A stretch of DNA of 32,000 bases from Longivirga aurantiaca (GCF_042660085.1 NZ_JBHSTI010000002.1:540001-572000); one strand, 5' to 3'. Shown: positions 11,345 through 25,040, numbered from the stretch's first letter. A program made the numbers and translations. The notes: generated from the letters alone by a model not told the origin.

Positions 11345-11823
11345 TGGTGACCACCCGCGAGCAGTTCACCGACGAGCAGTGGGCCGAGGCCTCGGCCCTC
11401 CCGGCCCTGGTGATCATGGCGGCGAGCCTCTCGGACGGGAAGGTCATGCCATCGATCCGCGAGCTGAAGGCCGGCGGGGAGGTGCTCGTCGCCGGCGCCG
11501 CGCGATACCCCGACAACGTCCTGCTCCAGCACCTGAAGGATGGCGCCGAGGCCGCGAAGGCGGAGACGAAGCAGGGCCAGGAGCAGGCCGGGCCGACGAG
11601 CGTCGACGACGTCGTCGCCACCCTGCTCGGTCAGATCGAGGAGAGCGTCGCCGTGGCGCGGGGGCGGCTCGCGGCGGAGGAGCTCGCCCAGCTCCGCGAG
11701 GTGCTGCTCGAGGCCGCGACCGCGGTGGTCGCGCGGCTCGGCGGCGGCTTCATGGGCAGCGGGGAGAAGGTCACCGAGTCCGAGACCTCCTTCGTCGCAA
11801 GGCTCGCCGCGCTCCTCGCCTGA
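11344..11823 (+). CDS. Hypothetical protein (about 159 aa), translationally coupled to the alkyl sulfatase
   Basis: ATG 11344 overlaps the sulfatase stop (TGATG). MVTTREQFTDEQWAEASALPALVIMAASLSDGKVMPSIREL... Confidence 0.75.
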   Translation: MVTTREQFTDEQWAEASALPALVIMAASLSDGKVMPSIRELKAGGEVLVAGAARYPDNVLLQHLKDGAEAAKAETKQGQEQAGPTSVDDVVATLLGQIEESVAVARGRLAAEELAQLREVLLEAATAVVARLGGGFMGSGEKVTESETSFVARLAALLA

Positions 11824-11826
11824 CGG

Positions 11827-13535
11827 CTACCGCGCGATGCGCGGGTCCTGCACGCGCTCGCGGATCGCGGCCGCGGCGTCGTCGTCCGGGGCGGCCTGCG
11901 CCTCGAGCTCGGCTGCCACGCGCATCTGGTAGCGCGTGACCTCGGCGTCGCGGGTGGCGTCGTCCCAGCCGAGCACGTCGCCCATCAGGTGCGACGCGTG
12001 GCGGGCCGCGACGAGGCCGCGGTCGCCCGCCTCGAGGTAGAGGCGAGTGCGCCGCGTGAGGACGTCGTCGACGTGCAGCGCGCCCTCGTGCGTGGCCGCG
12101 TGCACGATCTCGACGGCGAGGGTGCCGGCGCCGCCGGGCACCTCCTTCGCCAGCTCGGGCTCGTCGTCGACGTGCAGCAGGAGCTCGGGCAGGAGCCGGC
12201 CGTAGCGGTGCGCGAGCCGGTCGAGGTGCTCGGGGGAGATGTTCTCGGTGCCGGGCGACCCGGCGATCTCCACGAGGTAGTCGGCGGGCTCGCACGCGCC
12301 GACGAGCGGCACCTCGGACGTCGTCGACCCCGGCAGCTGCGCCGGGTCGTCGGGGAAGAGGTCGGGCGCGCAGGCGTCCACGGTGTCCTCGGCCATGACG
12401 CGGTACGTCGTGTACTTGCCCCCCGCGATCGTGACGAGGCCGGGGAGGGGGCGGCGCACGGTGTGCTCGCGCGAGATCTCCGACTCCGAGAGTCCCTCGG
12501 TGTCGACGAGGGGGCGGAGCCCGGCGTACAGCCCGATGACGTCGGACTCGGTGAGGTCGCTCGTGAGCGCGGCGTTGGCCATGTCGAGCAGGTAGTGCAG
12601 GTCCTGGTGCGTGGCCGACGGGTGCGACAGGTCGTGGTGCCAGGTGGTGTCGGTGGTGCCGATCACCCACGAGCGGCCCCACGGGAGGATGAACAGGACC
12701 GAGGTCGCCGTCTTCGTGATGAGCGCGAGCGAGGCGTCGATGCGGTCCTTCGGCACGACGATGTGCACGCCCTTGGACGGCCGCATCCGGATCGGCTGAT
12801 CGACTCCGGCGAGCTGCTCGGTGAGCCCCGCCCAGACCCCGGTCGCGTTGACGACGACCTTCGCCGGGATGTCGTGCGACTCGCCGGTCATCGCGTCGGT
12901 CACCTTCGCGCCGACGACGCGGTCGCCGTCGCGCACGATCTCGGTCACGCGTGCCGCCGACACCAGCGAGGCGCCGTGCGCCGCGGCGGTGCGGGCGAGC
13001 TCGAGGGTGTGGCGGGCGTCGTCGACCTGGGCGTCGTGGTAGCGGATGGCGCCCGCGATGATCTCGGGCCGCAGCGACGGGAAAGCCTTGAGCGCCGCGG
13101 ACTTCGTGAGGTGCGAGTGCCGCGGGACCGACGGCTGGAGCCCGCCCAGGGTGTCGTACAGCGTGAGCCCGGCGCCGACGTACGGCCGCTCCCAGACCTT
13201 GTGCGCGAGGGGGTAGAGGAACGGCAGCGGGGTGACCAGGTGCGGCGCGAGCCGGTCGAGCAGCAGGGCGCGCTCGCGCAGCGCCTCGCGCACGAGACCG
13301 AAGTTGAGCTGCTCGAGGTAGCGCAGGCCGCCGTGGACGAGCTTGGACGACCGCGAGGACGTGCCGGCCGCGAAGTCGCGCTGCTCCACCAGGCCGACCG
13401 ACAGGCCGCGGACCGCGGCGTCGAGCGCCACGCCCGCACCTGTCACGCCGCCACCGACGACGAGCACGTCGACGCCGGCGCGCATGCGCTGCCACGACTC
13501 CGCGCGGTACGCCGCGTCGAGCCGGCCCTTGGTGG

Positions 13536-13539
<4 letters not shown>
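11827..13539 (-). CDS. glpD: Aerobic glycerol-3-phosphate dehydrogenase (FAD-dependent)
   Basis: VDVLVVGGGVTGAGVALDAAVRGLSVGLVEQRDFAAGTSSRSSKLVHGGLRYLEQLNFGLVREALRERALLLDRLAPHL and GLYAGLRPLV...GLVTIAGGKYTTYRVMAED. Confidence 0.95.
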
Positions 13540-14665
<1,126 letters not shown>

Positions 14666-14669
<4 letters not shown>

Positions 14670-15748
14670 GATCCCGCGACCTCCCGCAGCCGCGCCGCGA
14701 TCGACTCCGGCTCGCGGTCGTTGACGAACGCGCCCATGGCGGACTCGGACCCCGCGAGGAACTTCAGCTTGTCGGCGCTGCGCTGCACGGAGAAGAGCTC
14801 GAGGTGCAGGGCGCCGTCGTCCCGCTGCTGGCGCACCGGGGCCTGGTGCCAGGCCGCGATGTACGGGAGCGGGATGCCGAAGAAGGCGTCGCCACGACGC
14901 AGCAGGTCGAGGTAGGCGACCGCGAGGTCGTCGCGCTCGGCGTCGGTGAGGGCCGCGAGGTCGGGCACCCGCCGCCGCGGGTAGAGGTGGACCTCCACCG
15001 GCCAGCGGGAGGCGAACGGCACGAACGCGACCCAGTGCTCGGACTCGAGCACCACCCGTCGTCCGTCCGCGAGCTCGGCTGCCACGACGTCGTCGTAGAG
15101 GTTGCGGCCCGTCGCCTCGCGGTGACGGCGCACCGACTCGAGCTGCGCGCGCGTGTGGGGGGTGACGAAGGGGTACGCGTAGATCTGGCCGTGCGGGTGG
15201 CGCATCGTGACGCCGATGGCCTCGCCGCGGTTCTCGAACACGAACACCTGCTCGACGCCCGGGGTCGAGGTGAGCTCTGCCGTGCGGTCTGCCCACGCCT
15301 CGACGACGAGCCGGGCCCGCTCGACGGACAGGCCGGCGAACGACCCCTCGTGCTCGGAGGTGAAGCAGACGACCTCGCACCGGCCCCAGGCGGCGTGGTG
15401 CTCGAACGGGCCGTCGGCGACGACGTCGCCCGGGGGTCCCACGAACGACGGGAAGCGGTTCTCGAAGACGACGACGTCGTAGTCGTCGCTCGGCACCTCG
15501 GTGGGGTAGCCGGGCCGGGACGGGCAGAGCGGGCAGTCGTCCGCGGCCGGCAGGAAGGTGCGTCCCATGCGGTGGGCGGCCACCGACACCCACTCGTCGA
15601 GCAGCGGGTCGTGGCGCAGCTGCGGCGCGGCACCCCGGGGCTCGAGCGGGCGCGTGTCGACCTGGGTGCGCTCGGGCGCCCCGTCGTGGTCGAAGTGCAC
15701 CAGCTCCCGGCCGTCTGCGAGACGGACCACTGTGCGACGCATGCTCAC
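14666..15748 (-). CDS. galT: Galactose-1-phosphate uridylyltransferase
   Basis: HDPLLDEWVSVAAHRMGRTFLP, CPLCPSRPGYPTEVPSDDYDVVVFENRFPSF, GVTMRHPHGQIYAYPFVTP and SRWPVEVHLYPRR. ATG 15742 is an alternative start. Confidence 0.94.
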
Positions 15749-16545
15749 CGCTCCCCGGCGCGGGCGCTCTGGCCACGCGCGATGACGAGTTCGCCGACCT
15801 GGCCGCCCAGCACCTCGCGTGCGTGCGGCGTCAGGGCATCGTCCGTGATGAGGACGTCGGCGTCGGACAGAGGGACGATCGTGGACAGGCCGACCACGCC
15901 CCACTTGGAGTGGTCGGCCACGACGACGAGCTGGCGCCCTGCCTCGACGAGAGCGCGGTCGGTCTCGCTCTCCATGAGGTTGGGCGTGGTGAAGCCCCGC
16001 TCGTCCATCCCGTGGACGCCGAGGAACACGACGTCGAGGTGCAGGGTGCGCAGCGCCTCGACGGCGACGGGGCCGACGAGCGCGTCGGACGGCGTGCGGA
16101 TGCCGCCGGTGAGGACGACCGTCTGGTCGGTGCGCCCGCTCGAGAGGACGACGTCCGCGACCCGCATCGAGTTGGTCACCACGGTGATGCCGGGGATGTC
16201 GCGCAGCAGGTGCGCGAGGGTCCACGTCGTGGTGCCGGCTGAGATCCCGACGGCGCTGCCGGGCGTCACCATCTGGGCCGCCACGTGCGCGATCGCGTCC
16301 TTCTCGCCCTGGGCCCGGACCTGCTTGGCCTCGAAGCCCGGCTCGTCGACGCTGCGGCCGCCGACGGAGGTCGCGCCGCCGTGCACCTTGATCACCAGGC
16401 CGCGCTGCGCGAGGGCGTCGAGGTCGCGCCGCACCGTCATGTCCGAGACGCCGAGCCGCGCCACGAGGCTGCTGACGCGGACGGCGCCGAGCCGCTCGAC
16501 CTCGTCGAGGATCACAGCCTGGCGCTGGCTGGCGAGCGGGTTCAT
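15745..16545 (-). CDS. DeoR/GlpR-family transcriptional regulator
   Basis: N-terminal SQRQAVILDEVERLGAVRVSSLVARLGVSDMTVRRDLDALAQRGLVIKVHGGA (DeoR HTH) and sugar-phosphate sensor domain GISAGTTTWTLAHLL...ADHSKWG. Confidence 0.93.
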   Translation of the reverse strand: MNPLASQRQAVILDEVERLGAVRVSSLVARLGVSDMTVRRDLDALAQRGLVIKVHGGATSVGGRSVDEPGFEAKQVRAQGEKDAIAHVAAQMVTPGSAVGISAGTTTWTLAHLLRDIPGITVVTNSMRVADVVLSSGRTDQTVVLTGGIRTPSDALVGPVAVEALRTLHLDVVFLGVHGMDERGFTTPNLMESETDRALVEAGRQLVVVADHSKWGVVGLSTIVPLSDADVLITDDALTPHAREVLGGQVGELVIARGQSARAGER

Positions 16546-18548
16546 GCGCTGCCGCCCCTCTCGCGCACGACGGCGATGCCCCCGGCCGCCACGACGAGGC
16601 TGCCGTCGACGGCGGAGTCGCTCACGAGGTCGTGCCCATGGGCCTCGACCGGGACGGCGGACGACGTGTGGTTGAGCACGAAGAGCCAGGACGCACCGCC
16701 GTCGGACCGGCGGCGAACGACCTCGAGCCCCGGCACGGTGGTCGTGGTCGCCGTGACGCCCGCCTCCGCGACGAGGCGCCGCACGATCGTGGCCGTCGTG
16801 GCGGCATCGGTGCGGGTGGCGACGTACCAGGCGACGCCGTCGCCGTGCTCGTTGCGCGTGACGGCGGGCACCCCCGCCTGCGGGCCGTCGACGTACGTCG
16901 AGACGGCCTCGGCTCCCGCGAGGTGCAGGTGCTCGGTCCAGACGTCGGCGCGGCCGCCGTCGTCGAGGGTGACGACCTCGCCCTCGAGCAGGGGGGCGAA
17001 CTCCTCGACGCGGACGCCGAGCACGTCGCGGAACGCCCCGGGGTAGCCGCCGGCCCGCACGTGGTCGTGCTCGTCGACGATGCCGGAGAAGTACGTGATC
17101 AGCGCATGGCCACCGCCCGCGACGTAGGTGCGCACGGCCTCGGCCGCGGCATCGTCCGCGAGGTAGAGCGTGGGCACGACCACGGCCCTGTAGCCGTCGA
17201 GCGGCGCGCCGGGACGCACGACGTCCGCGGTGATGCCGAGGTCCCACAGCGCGTGGTGGAACGCCCGGGCCCGGTCGGGGTAGCGGACGTCGGACGACGG
17301 GTGGCTGTCGAGCTCGCACGCCCACCAGGCCTCATAGCCCCAGACGATCGCGACGTCGGCGTCGACCCTGCTGCCGGCGACCTCGCCGAGCCGGTCGAGG
17401 AGCGAGCCCAGCTCGACCACCTCGCGCCAGAGCCGGGTGTCGGTGCCGGCGTGGGGGATGAGGCCCGAGTGGAACTTCTCCGCGCCGGCCACGCTCTGCC
17501 GGATCTGGAAGACCGCGAAACCGTCTGCGCCACGGGCGATCTGCTGCACGGCGTCGAGCCGCAGCTTGCCCGCGGGCTTGGCGGTGTTGCGCGGCTGCCA
17601 GTTGACCGCGCTGGGGCTCGTCTCCATGAGCAGCCAGGGAGCGCCGCCCGCGAGGCCCCGGGTCATGTCGGCGCAGAGCGCTGCCTCGACGTGGGTCTCG
17701 GGGTCGGCGAAGTCGGGGTAGTAGTCGGTCGAGACGAGGTCGACCTCCTCGGCCCAGCGCCAGTAGTCGAGCTGGTCGAACCGCGTCATCACCATGAAGT
17801 TGGTCGTGATGGGCACGCCCGGCGACAGCCGGCGCAGCACGTCCCGCTCGGCGACGAACTCGCTGAGCAGGAGGTCGGAGGCGAAGCGGCGGTAGTCGAG
17901 CTGCTGGGTCGGGTTCGCCCAGGCGCCGTCGGGTGTGAGCCGCGGCGGCAGGATCTCCTCGACGTCGGAGTAGCGCTGGCTCCAGAAGGCGGTGCCCCAG
18001 GCGTGGTTGACGCCGTCGAGGTTGCCGTACCGCTCCAGCAGCCATCGGCGGAAGCCCGCGGCGCACGTGTCGCAGTAGCAGCGCGAGGTGTGGCATCCGT
18101 ACTCGTTCCCGACGTGCCAGAGGCGGACGGCGGGATGCGCGCCGAAGCGTCCGGCCACCTGCTCGACGAGGGCGAGGGCGCGCTCGCGCCACGCCGTCGA
18201 CGACGGGCAGTAGGCCTGCCGTGCGCCGGGCCACCGGGTGCGGCCGTCGTGGTCGACCGGCAGCGACTCGGGGTGCAGGCGGGCGAGCCACGGCGGGGGC
18301 GAGGCGGTGGCGGTGGCGAGGTCGACCGTCACGCCCGAGGCGTGCAGGCCGTCGAGGACGTCGCCGAGCCAGTCGAGCTCGTACCGGCCCGGCTCGGGCT
18401 CGAGGTGGGCCCAGGAGAAGATGCCGACGCTGGCGAACGAGACGCCCGCCTCACGCATGAGCCGGTGGTCCTCGTCCCAGACCGCGCGGGGCCACTGCTC
18501 CGGGTTGTAGTCGCCGCCGAAGGCGATGCCGGCCCACGCTCCTGTCAC
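16542..18548 (-). CDS. GH42-family beta-galactosidase
   Basis: FGGDYNPEQWPRAVWDEDHRLMREAGV, LWHVGNEYGCHTSRCYCDTCAAGFRRWL and LLMETSPSAVNWQPRN match GH42 (catalytic NE and ME-containing motifs). No signal peptide is evident. Confidence 0.93.
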   Translation of the reverse strand: MTGAWAGIAFGGDYNPEQWPRAVWDEDHRLMREAGVSFASVGIFSWAHLEPEPGRYELDWLGDVLDGLHASGVTVDLATATASPPPWLARLHPESLPVDHDGRTRWPGARQAYCPSSTAWRERALALVEQVAGRFGAHPAVRLWHVGNEYGCHTSRCYCDTCAAGFRRWLLERYGNLDGVNHAWGTAFWSQRYSDVEEILPPRLTPDGAWANPTQQLDYRRFASDLLLSEFVAERDVLRRLSPGVPITTNFMVMTRFDQLDYWRWAEEVDLVSTDYYPDFADPETHVEAALCADMTRGLAGGAPWLLMETSPSAVNWQPRNTAKPAGKLRLDAVQQIARGADGFAVFQIRQSVAGAEKFHSGLIPHAGTDTRLWREVVELGSLLDRLGEVAGSRVDADVAIVWGYEAWWACELDSHPSSDVRYPDRARAFHHALWDLGITADVVRPGAPLDGYRAVVVPTLYLADDAAAEAVRTYVAGGGHALITYFSGIVDEHDHVRAGGYPGAFRDVLGVRVEEFAPLLEGEVVTLDDGGRADVWTEHLHLAGAEAVSTYVDGPQAGVPAVTRNEHGDGVAWYVATRTDAATTATIVRRLVAEAGVTATTTTVPGLEVVRRRSDGGASWLFVLNHTSSAVPVEAHGHDLVSDSAVDGSLVVAAGGIAVVRERGGSA

Positions 18549-18580
18549 CCGCACAGCCTCCCCTGCGCACGCGGCCGAAG

Positions 18581-18627
18581 TCAACAGTCCCGAACAGGAG
18601 ACAACACTCCCTGTTGGGATCTGTTGA
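18581..18627. promoter_or_regulatory. Candidate DeoR-family operator: AACAG x2 (plus AACAC) direct repeats at 10-nt phase followed by CTGTT x2 in inverted orientation
   Basis: AACAG at 18583 and 18593, AACAC at 18603, CTGTT at 18611 and 18621. Outer arms TCAACAG...CTGTTGA form a long dyad just upstream of the beta-galactosidase gene. Confidence 0.6.
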
Positions 18628-21162
<2,535 letters not shown>

Positions 21163-21172
21163 CCCGCGGGTC

Positions 21173-21178
21173 TAGGGT
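21173..21178 (+). promoter_or_regulatory. Candidate -10 box TAGGGT, 7 nt upstream of the GTG start at 21186 (leaderless configuration)
   Basis: TCTAGGGTCACGCCCGTG; no Shine-Dalgarno visible. Confidence 0.4.
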
Positions 21179-21185
21179 CACGCCC

Positions 21186-21707
21186 GTGCCTTCGACCAGC
21201 GCGCGCATCGGCGTCGCCATCCCGATCCCCGAGCCGTGGGGCGCGGAGATCGAGGGTTGGCGCTCGTCCCTGGGGGACCCCCAGGCGCATGCCATCCCGG
21301 CGCACATCACCCTGCTGCCCCCGGCCTCGGTCGACACCGCCGACCTCGCCGAGGTCGAACGGCATCTGACGGCGGCGGCCGGAGCGGTCGAGCCCTTCGA
21401 GGTCCACCTGCGCGGCACGGGCACCTTCCGGCCCGTCTCGCCGGTGGTGTTCGTGGCCCTCGCGACGGGGATCGCCGGGTGCGAACGGCTCGAGAGCGGC
21501 GTCCGGTCCGGGGTGCTCGCGCGTCCGGCCGACTTCCCGTACCACCCGCACGTGACCGTGGCGCACGACCTGCCGGACGACGTGCTCGACCGGGCCTACG
21601 ACGCGCTCGGTGCGTTCTCCGCGCGGTTCCTGGTGGAGGAGTTCTGCCTCTACGTGCACGGGGACGACGGCGTCTGGCACGTGCGGAGGAGCTTCCCGCT
21701 GGCCTGA
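21186..21707 (+). CDS. 2'-5' RNA ligase family (2H phosphoesterase superfamily) protein
   Basis: Two HxT/V-type motifs: IPAHITLLPP and YHPHVTVAHD, about 174 aa. Confidence 0.8.
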   Translation: MPSTSARIGVAIPIPEPWGAEIEGWRSSLGDPQAHAIPAHITLLPPASVDTADLAEVERHLTAAAGAVEPFEVHLRGTGTFRPVSPVVFVALATGIAGCERLESGVRSGVLARPADFPYHPHVTVAHDLPDDVLDRAYDALGAFSARFLVEEFCLYVHGDDGVWHVRRSFPLA

Positions 21708-21719
21708 CGCGGCGCGCCG

Positions 21720-23111
21720 CTACTCCGGCGGGGGAGTCGGGCGCGCGGGCGGTCGCACGACGCGCACGTGGCCGCCGGAGGCCGGGGCGGCGGGTGCCGG
21801 CGTCGAGCGTGCCGGGGCGGGCTCGGGCTCGGGCTCGGGCTCGGGGAGGTCCACCGCGGGCTCGACGGCTGCAGGCTCGCGGACCTCGGGTGCGACGCGT
21901 CGGGGTGGGACGGGGCTGCTGAGATCGGGCACGGCGCCGCCGCCCGCGTCGCGACGTCGTCGCCGCGTCAGCCACCAGGCGATGGCCGCGCCCAGGGCGA
22001 CGGCCGCGACGAGGGCCACCAGCCACGGCGATGCGCTGCTCCCGGCCGCCACCGGGGCGCCTGCGGCACCGCCCGCGACCGTGGTCTCCCCGGGGGCGGG
22101 CACGGCTCCGGACGGGGTCGGGGTGGCTTCCTCGCCACCCTCGGGGCGCGGGCCGACGAGCGTGCCCACGGGCGTGACCTGGGTGCGGTTGGCGAAGCCC
22201 CAGCTGAGCAGGCTCTTGGCGGCGGTCTCGGTGCGGTCGCGCACCTGCAGCAGCGTGACGGCGAGGACGTGGCCGTCGCGCTCCGCCGCGCCCCAGAACG
22301 TGCGACCGGCGAGCGAGGTGTAGCCGGTCTTCCCGCCGACCGCGCCGTCGAAGCCGTGCAGCAGCAGACGGTTCTGCGTGTAGATCTTGTACGTCGGGCG
22401 CTTCTTGCCCTTCCCGGCCGGCCGGCCGGGGAAGTCGTAGCTCACCGCGGCGGTGACGGTGCGGAAGTCCTCGAGCTGCATCGCGGCGCGGGCGATGAGG
22501 GCGAGGTCGTACGCGCTGGTCAGCTGGCCGTCGGCGTCGAGGCCGCTGGGGTTGCGCACCACGGTGTCGTCGGCCTGCAGCGAGTAGGCGACGGCCTGCA
22601 TGTCGGCGACCGTCTTCTTCATCCCCCCGTGCGACCCGGCGAGGGCGGCGGCCGCGTCGTTCCCGCTGGGGAGCAGCAGCCCGTGGAAGAGGTCCCAGTT
22701 GGTGTACGTGGCGTCGGGCACGATGCCCACGCGGCCGCCGTCGGCGGACGCCTCCTTCCACGTCACGGTGTGCTCGGCGTCCTTGTCGAGCACCGGCATG
22801 AGCGTGAGGGCGGTCAAGGTCTTGAGCGTGCTCGCGGGCCGGCCCTGCCGGTGAGCGCCCTTGGCGGCGAGGATCTCGCCCGTGGTCAGGTCGGCCAGCA
22901 CCCAGGACTTCGCCGAGATCGGGGGCAGCGGGCTTGCCTCAGGCCCGAGGTTGACGCGGATGCCGTACCCGGCCAGCTGGTCCCCACCGAGGATCTCCGC
23001 CGGTGCCGGTGCCGGTGCCGGGGCCGCCGCCGACGCCGCGCCCGGGAGCGCCACGAGCAGGGCACCGGTCAGCGCGAGCCCGAGGGCGTGGGGGCGGACC
23101 TGACGCAGCAC
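21720..23111 (-). CDS. D-alanyl-D-alanine carboxypeptidase (serine-type, S11) with N-terminal signal peptide and C-terminal TM anchor
   Basis: [54 protein letters not shown] and [25 protein letters not shown] (SxxK, SxN, KTG motifs). Ala-rich signal region; C-terminal [26 protein letters not shown]. Confidence 0.92.
   Translation of the reverse strand: MLRQVRPHALGLALTGALLVALPGAASAAAPAPAPAPAEILGGDQLAGYGIRVNLGPEASPLPPISAKSWVLADLTTGEILAAKGAHRQGRPASTLKTLTALTLMPVLDKDAEHTVTWKEASADGGRVGIVPDATYTNWDLFHGLLLPSGNDAAAALAGSHGGMKKTVADMQAVAYSLQADDTVVRNPSGLDADGQLTSAYDLALIARAAMQLEDFRTVTAAVSYDFPGRPAGKGKKRPTYKIYTQNRLLLHGFDGAVGGKTGYTSLAGRTFWGAAERDGHVLAVTLLQVRDRTETAAKSLLSWGFANRTQVTPVGTLVGPRPEGGEEATPTPSGAVPAPGETTVAGGAAGAPVAAGSSASPWLVALVAAVALGAAIAWWLTRRRRRDAGGGAVPDLSSPVPPRRVAPEVREPAAVEPAVDLPEPEPEPEPAPARSTPAPAAPASGGHVRVVRPPARPTPPPE
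21819..21842. repeat. GGGCTC hexamer repeat (4 units) encoding the Glu-Pro stretch of the carboxypeptidase tail
   Basis: Read directly; encodes EPEPEPEP on the minus strand. Confidence 0.8.
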
Positions 23112-23239
23112 CGCACGAGGGTAACCCGGCGCCGGTGGTGCCCTGCCCGATTCGTCCAGGTGCAGCGCCGCCACGAGCGGGCGGCTGTGCGAGCACTCAC
23201 ACCGGGCTCCCCGGGCCTCCCCGCGGGGGAGGACGGCAC

Positions 23240-23245
23240 TAGCGT
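23240..23245 (+). promoter_or_regulatory. Candidate -10 box TAGCGT for the mutase gene
   Basis: TANNNT hexamer in the divergent 162-bp intergenic region. Confidence 0.3.
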
Positions 23246-23273
23246 GGTCCGCGGTCGAGCGAAAGGGCCTGCC

Positions 23274-24854
23274 ATGGCACGTCACACCGAGTCCGGACTC
23301 CCGTTCGAGCCCGTCTACGGGCCGGACGCCCTCGACGGCTGGGACCCCGCCGAGCGCCTCGGCGTCCCAGGGCAGTACCCGTTCACGCGCGGCGTCTACC
23401 CCTCGATGTACACCGGCAAGCCGTGGACGATGCGCCAGTACGCCGGCTTCGGCACGGCGGCCGAGTCCAACGAGCGCTACCAGCAGCTCATCGCAGCCGG
23501 CACCAACGGGCTCTCGGTGGCGTTCGACCTGCCCACGCAGATGGGGTACGACTCCGACCACCCGCTCGCCCACGGCGAGGTCGGCAAGGTGGGCGTGGCC
23601 ATCGACTCGATCGACGACATGCGGATCCTGTTCGGCGGCATCCCGCTCGGCGAGGTCTCGACGTCGATGACCATCAACGCGCCCGCCGCCGTCCTGCTGC
23701 TGCTCTACCAGCTCGTCGCGGAGGAGCAGGGCGTGCCGTCGTCCGCGCTCACCGGCACGATCCAGAACGACGTGCTCAAGGAGTACATCGCCCGCGGCAC
23801 CTACATCTACCCGCCGGCGGCGTCGCTGCGCCTGATCACCGACATCTTCGGCTACTGCCGTGCCGAGATCCCGAAGTGGAACACCATCTCGATCTCCGGC
23901 TACCACATGGCCGAGGCGGGGGCGACGCCCGCGCAGGAGATCGCCTTCACGCTCGCCGACGGGATCGAGTACGTGCGCGCGGCCGTGGCGTCGGGCATGG
24001 ACGTGGACGAGTTCGCGCCGCGCCTCGCCTTCTTCTTCGTCGCCCGCACCACCCTGCTCGAGGAGGTCGCGAAGTTCCGCGCGGCGCGTCGGATCTGGGC
24101 GCGCGTCATGCGGGAGGAGTTCGGCGCGAAGAACCCCAAGAGCCAGATGCTGCGCTTCCACACCCAGACGGCGGGCGTGCAGCTCACGGCGCAGCAGCCG
24201 GAGGTCAACCTCGTCCGGGTGGCCATCCAGGGCCTGGGCGCGGTGCTCGGCGGCACGCAGTCGCTGCACACCAACTCCTTCGACGAGGCGATCGCGCTGC
24301 CGACCGCCAAGGCGGCCCGCCTCGCGCTGCGCACCCAGCAGGTGCTCGCCTACGAGACGGACGTGACCGCCACCGTCGACCCGTTCGCCGGGTCGTACGT
24401 CGTCGAGTCGCTGACCGACGAGGTCGAGGCCGCGGCCCTGGATCTCATGCGCCAGGTCGAGGACATGGGCGGCGCGGTCGCGGCGATCGAGCGCGGCTTC
24501 CAGAAGGGCGAGATCGAGCGGTCGGCGTACGCCGTGTCGCAGCAGATCGACTCCGGGGAGCGCGTGGTGGTCGGCGTCAACCGGTACACGGTCGACGAGG
24601 AGGAGCACTACGAGCCTCTCCGGGTCAACCCGGCGATCGAGGGCGAGCAGGTGGCGAGGCTCGAGAAGCTGCGGGCCGAGCGCGACCAGGCCGCCGTGGA
24701 CGAGGCCCTTGCCCGGGTGCGCGACGCCGCCCGGGGCGACGCCAACGTGCTGTACCCCCTGCGGGACGCGCTCCGGGCCCGAGCCACCGTGGGCGAGGCC
24801 TCGGACGCCCTCCGCGAGGTGTGGGGGCTCTACACCCCGGCCGACGTCTTCTAG
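23274..24854 (+). CDS. Methylmalonyl-CoA mutase family large (catalytic) subunit lacking the C-terminal B12-binding domain
   Basis: [81 protein letters not shown] and [23 protein letters not shown]. The ORF ends after about 526 aa with no DxHxxG...GG B12-domain motif. Confidence 0.93.
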   Translation: MARHTESGLPFEPVYGPDALDGWDPAERLGVPGQYPFTRGVYPSMYTGKPWTMRQYAGFGTAAESNERYQQLIAAGTNGLSVAFDLPTQMGYDSDHPLAHGEVGKVGVAIDSIDDMRILFGGIPLGEVSTSMTINAPAAVLLLLYQLVAEEQGVPSSALTGTIQNDVLKEYIARGTYIYPPAASLRLITDIFGYCRAEIPKWNTISISGYHMAEAGATPAQEIAFTLADGIEYVRAAVASGMDVDEFAPRLAFFFVARTTLLEEVAKFRAARRIWARVMREEFGAKNPKSQMLRFHTQTAGVQLTAQQPEVNLVRVAIQGLGAVLGGTQSLHTNSFDEAIALPTAKAARLALRTQQVLAYETDVTATVDPFAGSYVVESLTDEVEAAALDLMRQVEDMGGAVAAIERGFQKGEIERSAYAVSQQIDSGERVVVGVNRYTVDEEEHYEPLRVNPAIEGEQVARLEKLRAERDQAAVDEALARVRDAARGDANVLYPLRDALRARATVGEASDALREVWGLYTPADVF

Positions 24855-24869
24855 CCCCGCTCTGGTCTA

Positions 24870-24914
24870 GACCGTTTCCGGTCGTCCCGCTCCGCGGGAG
24901 AGCCGGAGACGGTC
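24870..24914. terminator. Two-tier stem-loop after the mutase gene
   Basis: Outer arms GACCGTTTCCGG (24870-24881) and CCGGAGACGGTC (24903-24914), one U-G wobble; inner CCCGC-TCC-GCGGG. Confidence 0.55.
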
Positions 24915-25040
24915 GTCATCGGGCCCGGGGCGGCCCGTCCTGGTGTCGCCCGCGTGACGGTCCGTTCACCTGGGTCACGGATCGGTTTCGGAAGCCCGGG
25001 GAAGCAGGGTGAGCAGTCTCTTCCTGGCGCCTCCCCCCAC

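Noticed and set aside
21819-21842. GGGCTC x4 repeat as a possible phase-variation tract
   Set aside because: Hexamer units keep the reading frame, so slippage would only change the number of Glu-Pro pairs; no on/off switching expected.
23423-25012. 529-aa plus-strand ORF overlapping the mutase in another frame
   Set aside because: Alternative-frame artefact; the mutase frame carries all conserved family motifs.
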